Assembly: GCF_009914755.1 (NCBI RefSeq) | Contig: NC_060926.1 | DNA length: 64,000 bases | Source: the human T2T-CHM13v2.0 reference genome, Homo sapiens | Direction: 5' to 3' (one strand) | Part shown: one piece after another, positions 51,868 through 64,000 of the stretch | Layout: the number at the start of each line of letters is the position of its first letter | How positions within the stretch are numbered: position 1 is the stretch's first letter | Made by a program: the position numbers and the translations under genes | The notes under the pieces: model-generated | What the model was told of the DNA's origin: nothing | Databases searched by the model: none | Seen by the model: the letters and a program-made list of their open reading frames with translations, nothing else

Positions 51868-53276
51868 TAAGGACTGAGCGTCATGCTAGTATCCTTCTAG
51901 AAAGAAGGTGGAATGTAGTCAAAGATACTCTGCCCAGGGCTGGCTGTAGGTCCAATTAAAGCAAAAAAAAATTCCCTCTTCTTTCTCATTCAAAAGTACC
52001 AGATGACTCTTTTAACCCAGGACCTGAAACATGGAACTATATCTACCTTTAGTACTTTAATTTCGTAGTACTGAGTGCTAAAATATTAGATCAGCTAGTC
52101 TAGAAAACAACTACCACTTAGAACATTGTTTCCAGGACGAAACAACTTACAAATTAACTTCTGAAACCACAAACTATTTCTTAAGCTAGGGCCAAAGCTA
52201 TTATAAATTTCTGCAATTACAAATTGTTCTACTGAATCAACGGGAAAGAAGGCAGGATTAATCAGACATAGAGAACAGTTAATTTTTTTTAACCCTTCCA
52301 ATCTCAGTATTTCCCCTTATTATATGCAGCTGTTAAAAATCATAACCTATTTAGACATTAGTAAAACTATTCCATGATTTTGGACAATTTAGCCCTATTA
52401 TCTCTATACAGCTACATCTGTATCTACATCCATTTTTGTCTTACTGTAGACATGAGTGAATTCAGAAGAAAAAACATTAAAATCAAAAAGGTTCCATTTG
52501 TGAAAAAGGGTCAGACTATCCGAGGGTTTTATGTGTGTATATATAAAATAGAGTCAAAACAAGAGAGACAGGAATACTTGCGTACATTACTGCAGTAGAA
52601 GAATAAAATTCTACTGACTGTAGAAAGAGTCTGATTATATGGTTTTAACTGACATTGTATATGAAGATGGCATAATATCTACAGGAGAGGAAAGGAGGGG
52701 AGGGGAAGAAAGAAGGGAGGAGAGAGGAGAATGAGGGTACCACTGCTAGCTTCTTTTCATTACTGGAATCCCACAATCTTCCTTCAGAAACCTCACATGC
52801 TATAGGTGATATGTAACCTTCTGAGAAGCAATCCAAGTTATGGGTCCAGTGTTTATGTATAAATTAACTATTGGAAAAACTCAAATTCATTCTCATCCTT
52901 TTAGATAAAAGAAAAAAGCAGGGAAGAAAGGGTAGGCGGAATGAAGGAAGTTGAATTATTTTCTTTCCCTCAATGGGTAATCTTGAGCATATCACACTTT
53001 GGAGAGCACTGGGGTAGAGAACAAGAATCATAAACCCTGAGAAATGGCTACCGTAGATGATCTGAAAATCAAGGGTGAAGGTATAATTTCTGTATAGGAG
53101 ACACGTGAAAAAATATTTAACAGCACACAACTCCAGTCAAAGAGGTCACCATCTTGCAAATAAATGGAGACATAAATCGGGGGAAAAAGCAGTTTATCTC
53201 TTGCTGCTGGGTCCCAGTATCAGGTTTTGACTCTGACGAGTCCTCCTGAGCATATAGAGAAGAATCAGTGGGATCA

Positions 53277-53881
<605 letters not shown>

Positions 53882-53934
53882 TTAACAACTAAATCCCTAA
53901 AGTATTATTTCTATTATTTCTTTAGCAATTCCCT

Positions 53935-54090
53935 TTTATGTTCCAGGTTCTGTGTGAAGTGCTTTAGGTAGACACTATCTCATTTGCGCTTCACAAAGGC
54001 CTACACGGTAGGTATTATCAACATTTTACAGATGAGAAAACTGAGACTCTACAAGGTTAAGTAATTAGACTACCATCACATAGCTAATAA
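53935..54090. mobile_element. MIR
   Basis: ttttacagatgagaaaactgag core. Confidence 0.8.
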
Positions 54091-55006
54091 GATCATTTAA
54101 TGATTATTGCACTAGACAGTTCTGTTACAGACTGACAAATTAGAACTAAATTTAAATATCTCAGAATGCATCATCAGCTCACTATGAAATAATACATTTT
54201 CATTCTTAGAAGCTCATGAGCTGCTAGATTGCTTTATAGTTTCTGTGAAAAAAAAAAAAACAAAAAAACAACAACAACTGAAAATAATAGGCCCTTTAGT
54301 AATAGTTTCCCAAATGTCCAGGAATCATACTACCTTCCCCAGTAACACTGATGTATCTTGATGTTTTGCTGTTGTTGCCAACCTTAGTAGAAATTCAGCA
54401 AAATCTTTAAATAATAATTTCATATTGTTTTATACAAAGTTATATTTAGCCCAGGAGAATTAATCCCACAAACGATCTGAAAATTTCTGACAGCAGATTT
54501 TAGACCCGTTTTTTTTCTTAGCACACCTTTAGCATTATCCAAATTTTCAATACAGATGTTGCAGTGGACAGGACTGAAAATAGAAGCTGTTTTTCCTCTA
54601 ACAGATAAATACCCTGTTCCAACAAAGAGGTATAAAATGTAGGTGCAACTGTTCAAGGAGTTGCAATACACAACAGTATAATGGCCTTGCCTACATTCAC
54701 CAACTTATCCATATGGATGCTCAAGGGGTATCCACATGCACACCTCTCTTTGGGCCTCAACTACAGACAATATACACTCCTATCACAGCACCTGTATACC
54801 CTGCCTCTGCATGCAGTTGTTTATCTCCCTTGCCCTCTCCCAAAATTAAGCTTCTCCTAAGATATATATGACACACATAAATCTTTGCATACTCAAGCCC
54901 AGCAGAGTACCTGGACCAGAGCACGTGCTAAATACAAGTTTGTAAAAATCAATGAGACTTCTTCTGAGTATTATTTTGGTATTTTCCAGATCTAATAGTT
55001 AATGTA

Positions 55007-55317
55007 GGCTGGGTACAGTGGCTCATGCCTGTAATCTCAGCACTTTGGGAGGCCAGGGCGGGTGGATCACTTGAGGTCAGGAGTTTGAGAGCAGCCTGGC
55101 CAACATGGTGAAACCCCGTCTCCACTAAAAGTACACAAAAAAAATTTAGCTGGGCGTGGTAGCGTGTGCCTGTAGTCCTAGATACTCGGGAGGCTGAGGT
55201 AGAGAATCGCTTTAACCTGGGAGGCAGAGGCTGCAGAGAGTCAAGATTGTGCCACTGCATTCCAGCCTAGGTGACAAAGCGAGACTCCGTCTCCCGTCTC
55301 CAAAAAAAAAAAAAAAA
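55007..55317 (+). mobile_element. AluS
   Basis: TSD agttaatgta. Confidence 0.94.
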
Positions 55318-58300
55318 GTTAATGTAGCAAACTGAAATTTTAACCTACCAACTAGTAAAACACCTATTTTAGGTGAAAGATCTAGAAAGGAAAGAAAATA
55401 AACAAACTTGTAGGTAGCTAGGTGACTCATTAGAGAATGAGAAACATACTTGTGACTCATCAGCTACCAATAAATCATTTAACCACAATGACTAATATAA
55501 AGAAAAATAAAATAAAATATATATGTATACACATAATGGTACTAAAAAAGGCTTATTTTCAGAATCAGAATACCTCTATGTTTGGGGAGAGTGGGAAGTA
55601 TTATATAAGCACAAACAGCGATATATAAATTTTAACTTTAAAACTACTTTTCACATTAATTGTAGTCCTTTATAGTGGGCACTGTAACTTTAAACTTTAA
55701 AAACTTGTGTTTACACTCACTGTCCTCTCTAACAGTCAATACAAAAAGGCCTCCAGGACTTCCTTTAAAAAAAAACTGGCTTTATAACACTTAACCAAAA
55801 CTAACACAAACTACTCTGTTAATTACTTTAAAATGGCACACATACAAAAAAATTTTTTTTAAAAGAATAAAGGGATAATATCTCAACTTCAGGATCAACT
55901 ATTAAATATTAGATAAGATGGGGATCCAGAAATACAGGCCTGGATAGATGGGTATTGCATCTTCCTGCTTCTAGACAAATTTCATTTAAAAACCTCAAAC
56001 CATTTCAGATATATAATTAAGAACCTGTTCCTAGAACCTCTAGGGAATTAGATGTGCCAACCTTCCTATGTAACTCATTCAATTGCTTCATTTTTATATG
56101 CATTCATCCATGAGAAAATTGATCTTTCCAACAAATTGATTAAAATAATGTGTGAAGAGTCCTGTGGCACTTAAATCCAATTAGTGAATCAACTTTTTAG
56201 ATTACTCTATTGATGAATTGGATATTCCTAAGACAGACAATTTGAGGCAAAATAGTTGGCTCCGTATTAAATTCCAATGTTTCTTTTAAGGAAAATACTC
56301 CAAAGCTAGAAACTGCTAGTAGTATTGTCTAGCCAGTAAGGCAAAAGATAAGCACTTCAGATTTAATATCTAAAGTAAATGCTAAGATCGTTATCTACTT
56401 AAGATATTAAAAGTGACCTCATATTTTGCCTTTTAAATGATTAAGAAACCCCAGCTGGAACTATCTGATTTGATATTTTTAATAGCACAGTCCTTGCTTT
56501 TTTCCACCTGGTATATGGCCAGAGGGAATAGAGTTAAATATAGGGCTTCATGGAATTAACATATAAACACCATTGTTTCTCCCACTTTGTTGTGTATGAG
56601 TTCACATGCTTTAATGTCCAGTCTCTTTGGGCAGTAACATTCAAAATGGAAACGAAACATCTTGAAAATAAACAAATAGTCCTAAGGCACTCCTCTAGCT
56701 CCAAGCATTTTATATATAACAACTGATCTAAGACAGAATTAAAATTAAATGGAGATTAGAAATGGCCTTTTCCTCACAGACATATTTCTCTCCATACTAT
56801 TTTCCAAACCAGATTCTGGCAGAATAGTTAGCTCGTCCACTAACTGAGCTGCTAGCTTCCCAAAGAGAATGTGTTACTAACTAAATATTCTTCTGAATTA
56901 TCTCATGCTTCATTGATCCTCAAGTTTCTAAGTAAAGATTTTTGTTTTATTTAAGCAACAGAACTCACTAGAATTGGTTTAGATGTTGGTGATGTACTGT
57001 TTTTAATAATAACAGAAGGGTGGTAGAATACTAAGCAATGGAACTCAGTGCTTTCCAAATTTTGCCTTTCCAATTATACTTAGAAACTAAGAGATAAAGA
57101 GGAATGAGATCCTGAAGAGGTCAGTGAAACAACGAAAACACAGGCACAGCCCATAAACCTCTATTTTCATTATAAAGTAGAATATACACTAGTGGGCCCA
57201 GCTGAGGAATAGGAATCAGTTGTCATGCCATGAACACACAGGATACTCTAGCCTGGTGTTAGATGATGGAATCAGGAGTCTTTGGGACAGGGGAGTTTGT
57301 AGGGTGTTTGTGGGGCAAGAGAAACAAAGGGGCGGGGAACAGTGGATAAAGGTGCAGAGCGTAGTTTCAGGAATGGAGCATGGGGCCACATGAGGTCAGG
57401 AAGAGGCTGAAAAGACTGGGAGAGAATGTGGAGATGGATAAAAAGACTAGAAGTCTTGATGAGGTCCAACGGAAAATGAGGCAGCCTGGGGGAGGCAGAT
57501 TGGTGGAAATTATAATCAGAGGATTATTGGGTAAAACAACCTGTTGGGCTTTTTCTAAACTCAAAAGCCTGGAACTTCTCTTCAATTAACTCGATATAGT
57601 TAAGCTTAGGAAACACTACTGGCTGCCTGCCCAATGGACTTGCCTTCTTCTTTGCTAAAGGGGCTAGCTTCACTCCTCTTTGGTGTCTACTCTATATTTG
57701 GCCAAGTGCCATATGGGAAGATGAGCCCATCTCAGTTCCAAAGAGTGGGTCATGTGTACTCTCAGTCCATGTTGGCAATTTATTCCAGATTAATGGTGTC
57801 ACTTCCACTTAGTTTCTCAAACCAGTAATTTTCTAATTCATTATTTTCCTTACCCCCACACATAAGTTGTAAGCAAACAGATAAGATTCATGTTTTATCC
57901 ATTCACTAGCAAACCCTGTTGTCACTTTCAAGAGTACAGTTTTGCTATAAAGCTTGTTTTGAAAATGTGAATTTGTTTCAACATCGTTGACACATTAGGG
58001 AACAATTTGAGTATAATGAGAATTTTGCTTTTGCCTATGCCAGATTTCATCAGTGAGAACACTCGGTCAATGCAGACAACAACACTTGGGTGCACTCGGC
58101 CATGCAGGAATATACAAAATGCACACACCTTAAACATCTACTTGTAACTCATGTTATGAGCCATACCCATCCACATCTGGTGTTACAACTTTCCCTCTGA
58201 TTTCAGACACTGTTCCTTCCATCACTTCAAAATAACTTACAAACTGCCTTTCTTTTGATACCCACTTCCACAAGCAAACTGCACATTTTTTTCAAGGTAA

Positions 58301-58383
58301 AATGCTATATTTATTGTAGTATTTATGTATTTCTTAACCATTCAACGAGTATAAAACTGTTACCTTTAAGAAGTTAGGTTACT

Positions 58384-58670
<287 letters not shown>

Positions 58671-58699
58671 TCTTTTCAAAAAGTATGCCATTAATGAAG

Positions 58700-59451
58700 T
58701 TTTTTTTTTTAAATTGACACATAATTGTACATATTTATGAGGTACAGTGTGATGTCTCCATATATGTACACATCGTGTAAAAATCAAATCAGAGCATTTG
58801 GCATATCTATCACCTCAAACATTTATCACTTCCTTGTGGTGAGAACTTCCCAAATTCTCTCTTCCAGCTGTTTTGAAATATGCAATATTGTTAACCATAG
58901 TTACCCTACTGTGCAAGAGAACACCAGAACTTACTCTTCTTCCTATCTGTAATTTTGAACAGACTGACCAATCTCTCCCTCATCCCCCTCTGCCCCCCAC
59001 CAACTATTCTCTCTACATCTATGTGATCAACATCTTTAGCACATGAGATCATCCAGTATTTCTCTGTGTCCAGCTTATTCCACTCAACATAATGCTCTGC
59101 AGGTTCATCTATGTTGCCACAAATGACAAGATTTCACTTTTTATGGCTGAATAGTATTCCAGAGTGTATATATCCCACACTTTATCCATTCATCTGTTGA
59201 AGGAAACTTAGGTTGAATCCATATCTTGGCTATGGTGAATGGTGCTGCAATAAATATTGGAGTGCAAATATGTATCTCTCTTTGACATAATCATTTCATT
59301 TCCTTTGAATAATTACCCCATAATGGGATTACTGGATCATATGGTAGTTCTATTTTTAATTTCTCATGAGCCGCCATACCGTTTTCCATAGAGGCTATAC
59401 TAATTTACATTCCCACCAATAGTGTATGAGGGGTTTCCCTTTCTCCACATC
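58700..59451 (-). mobile_element. L1MA-type 3' end
   Basis: T-run followed by antisense L1 3'UTR motifs. Confidence 0.85.
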
Positions 59452-60329
59452 AAGTTTTTGAGTGTTATGCCATTAATCTCATTTTCTCCATAAACACTGT
59501 GGTTTTTATTGCACAATTTTGCATAGGACGGTTAGTTTTAGGAATGCGTATGTCACATAGCAGAACTGACAGTACATTAGCACACTCTACAAAAAGCTAA
59601 TCTAAAAGGACACCCATACCTAAATGTTCCAAGATCTCTTCTCCCTTGCTGTTGATGGAGCAATTCTAGGAAAGGACTTTAGTTGGTACAAGTGTCTAAC
59701 AAAGCGCCTGCAATTAGATGTGTTAAGGAACAGTATTAGTTATCCAGCCAAATCCTTTCTATTCTTTCCTGCATCCACAATCTTAGTAAAAGATAAATTC
59801 TTATTTTAAATTCTGAGTCTGTGGTTTTATTTTCAACATCAGTGGCATACACCACACAGCTGCTTTTTTGAGTGACTTTGTGCCTTACTTCTCAAGAGAG
59901 TGATACAAAGGTGCAAAACGTATTGTGTTGTGTTAATGGCAGTGCTGATAAGAAAAAAAAGCCCAAAGCCTAAGCAAAAGTAGATGCAATTGATTATTAG
60001 ATTTGCCTCTAGTGGTGTTAGGTTTCATGTTTTTAACTATCAAAATTTTTCTTATTGAGATTATTCAGGAAGAATAACTGTCACTGAAAACATGAAACTC
60101 TCTAGGTTCCAACTCCCTGTCCCTCCCCCTTATTTTTAGAGCATGCTTTTTAACAATAGGGTGATTCCTTAGAAGGCAGCTACTGCTTTATAGTGGAAGA
60201 GACAAACTCATTAGTGTTACTAATGGTTAAAAATAAATTCCTCCTTTGGAATTTTTAGCAGGAATTTATCACTCAAACATAAAAATATTTTTTATTACTT
60301 TATAATCAGATCCACTTTTTATTTATTTT

Positions 60330-60481
60330 TAATTTTTATTTATTTATTTAATTTTTTTTTTTGTAGCGACAGGGTTTTGCCATGTTGACCAGGTTGGTCT
60401 TGAACTCTTGGGCTCAAGTGATCCTCCTACCTCAGTGTCCTAAAGTGCTGGGATTACAGGCATGAGTCACCACGCCTGGCC
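60330..60481 (-). mobile_element. FLAM/AluJ left monomer
   Basis: Single arm. Confidence 0.85.
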
Positions 60482-60749
60482 CAGTTCTATTTTTTAAACT
60501 AAACTTTTTTCCCTTTAGTTTTGACTCGTAATACCTTGGGAGCAGTGTCTAGCTAACAAACTGTATTCTAAATGGAGCTATAATGTGGAGGGTTTTGATC
60601 TAACACCATTACACACTATTTCAGAGAGGCAGGATGACACAGAGACTAGAGTGTGAATCCAGAATCTAAGAGACCTTAGTCAAGACACTTAATATTTCAC
60701 ATCTCGATTTCCTCACCTGAAAACAAAAACAAAACCAAAAAAACAAAAC

Positions 60750-60780
<31 letters not shown>

Positions 60781-62096
60781 ACAGAACCAACCTCCTCTCC
60801 GCCCCAAAACAAAAAAAGACAAAAACAGTATTTACACCTCATGGGGCTGTTGTGTGGATCAAGTGAGAAAAAAATCTGGCACTTTGTGGCTCCACGCTTA
60901 GTATAGAATAAGAGTCAGTTATTATAAGGGAACCTGTTATTTCCCCTGTACATCAACTGGGGAAGATGCTGGTGACCACTGTACTGTAACTTTTGGGTCT
61001 GGTACAGGGACTAACAGAGAAGAGGCATCCAAATAAGCATAAAAATCCATGCTAGACACTGGAAAGGTGGCAAAATAAAGCAAGTGTAGTTACTATACTG
61101 AGTTTTAATTTCAGATTAAGCTTCTTAAATATTAAAAATAATATTTCACATGCAACGAGTCTGGTATGTGGTAGGGGATGGGTTTTCCATGACCTTTCAT
61201 CTAAAAAATACATGACACCTGCTACAGAGGTCGAGGAAGAGTAGCCCATCATTATTCACATAATCTATCAATAAACCCAAGATGACAGAAGATGGGCAGC
61301 ATAACCTTTACACTAATAGTGTTACCTTTTATTTCTCATCATTCTAGGTACCACAGATTTAAGCACCTTGAAGTATTTCATTATACTAGATAGTCTCAAT
61401 AAAGGCCTAAAATATAACAGAAATCCTATATATTGATGTATTCTGATTGTCTTGTTAACAGTAGGGATAAACTTGGCAGTTGGTAGAGACTGGGGGATGA
61501 CCAAATTTTATTTTTGGGTAGTCATCGGCTCATATTTTTCTAAACTATTTCCATTTATTACCACCACCAAAAAAAAAAAAAAAAGTCAATAATGGTGAAA
61601 GAGACACTATGTACATTAAGTTTTTCCATTTGCGTATTTATATATCCTTATATCAACAAAAACTACTAAAATTTTTAACACAGAAACTTGACTATTAAAG
61701 ATTTTCAGCAAAACCGATACATTTTTTAGCTTTCTGGTTGTCAGAAATAATGTGTTAAATCTTACTATATACTCAATGATAAATATACTTACAGATCTAC
61801 ATAACCACCCACATTCAAATGAGTAATTTTTAAATCTTTGCAAGGGGGGTGAAAAAAGATTAGTTAGAAAAGAGGCATGCCATAAAGTTGTCACACACCA
61901 GTTCTTCAAATAATGCACCAACATAAAATGCTTCAATGTTATAAATTAAATGTACAATTCACTGAGGCAAAGAAGTACAAAATGCCCAAACACAAGAAAC
62001 CACGTATTTGCTAATTAAAACAGCATCAAAAGAACAAAAATAAATTAGGTAAGTACTTCAAAAAATAATAAAACCACCACCTTTTGAAAATAAAAA

Positions 62097-62401
<305 letters not shown>

Positions 62402-62581
62402 TAAGCATAAGCTTCATTTATAGGTCAAGCACTTCTTTCAATTATAGTGAATTAGTACCACACTAGACCTCAGACTTTTATATTTCTCACGCAAGTAGAA
62501 ATAAGTGTTTGAATCAGCATCTTAGCTTTGAAGAATGAGTTAAGATAAGCAAACAGTAAACAATGTAAGAAGTCACATGGT

Positions 62582-63074
62582 TGTGTCAGGGAAAACCAGA
62601 GATGGACAATACTTAAAGTGGTAAAAACAAATTTTATTCAAGATTATTGCAATAGGGGAAAAGAGATCTGAGTATAGAACTAGGCTTAACTTTGAATACA
62701 CGATTGGCAAGTGGAAACTTAGACCCAAAGATGGGAATATAGAGTCAGTGGATGGAAAATTACTAAGAGGAGCCATCAGGAGAAACAGAAGATTCTGGCT
62801 AAAATGACCTAACAGGATTCTTGTTGAAGGCAGGCGAGGGTGATCAGACATCACCTGAGGGATGGTGGAGGAGAAGGAACCCAATTAGCTATGGCGGGTG
62901 ATCAGATACTGAGGGGGGATGACAGGGGTTATAGTTAAAGCAACTCAGCAGGATTCTTACTAAAACTGAACAATGCAGGCATAAACATGAAGTAAAAAAG
63001 TCGAGGCTTACCGGAGCAGAAAGTTCTTTCAAAGGAATCTGAGGAGAGTTTGGTCAATGAGGGACTCTTTGTCA
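62582..63074 (-). mobile_element. Solo ERV1 LTR, MER31-like
   Basis: Minus strand starts TGACAAAGAGTCCCTCATTGACCAAACT; AATAAA near its 3' end; TG...CA termini. Confidence 0.7.
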
Positions 63075-63185
63075 CTAGTCAGTAGGGAACTAAATCCTTG
63101 CGTTCTCTCTACCTCTATTACACCCATCTGTCCACTGATGCTTTGCAAAAATTAAAGATTTAAATCATTCTTTAAACCATGATAA

Positions 63186-64000
<815 letters not shown>

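Noticed and set aside
53236-53270. CTGACGAGTCC resembling a hammerhead ribozyme core (CUGANGA plus stem II)
   Set aside because: No complementary GGAC-GAAA or stem I/III partners nearby.

Overview
Repeat-rich primate (very likely human) genomic DNA. The minus strand carries the 3' part of DARS1, the cytosolic aspartyl-tRNA synthetase: 12 coding exons (5-16 by human numbering, about codons 107-501) from 49904 down to the stop at 13740. All have GT-AG boundaries and join in frame, and candidate poly(A) signals lie at about 13120, 13005 and 12320. Downstream of the gene is a 5'-truncated processed pseudogene of MANEAL (about 3512-5430, minus strand). Most of the rest is Alu, L1 (two with twin-priming inversions), solo LTRs, MIR/L2 and DNA-transposon fossils; the remaining ORF-track entries are mostly Alu/L1-derived or spurious. 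I found no convincing new multi-gene system. The best unexplained signals are two intronic inverted repeats (27421-27689 and 36397-36482), a tailless tRNA-Ser half at 39885, an L1 fragment inserted beside the exon 11 donor, an Alu-derived A-tract in the 3'UTR, and several unusual retrotransposition scars. Gene, exon and repeat-subfamily names come from recall and were not checked by database search; repeat boundaries are approximate.
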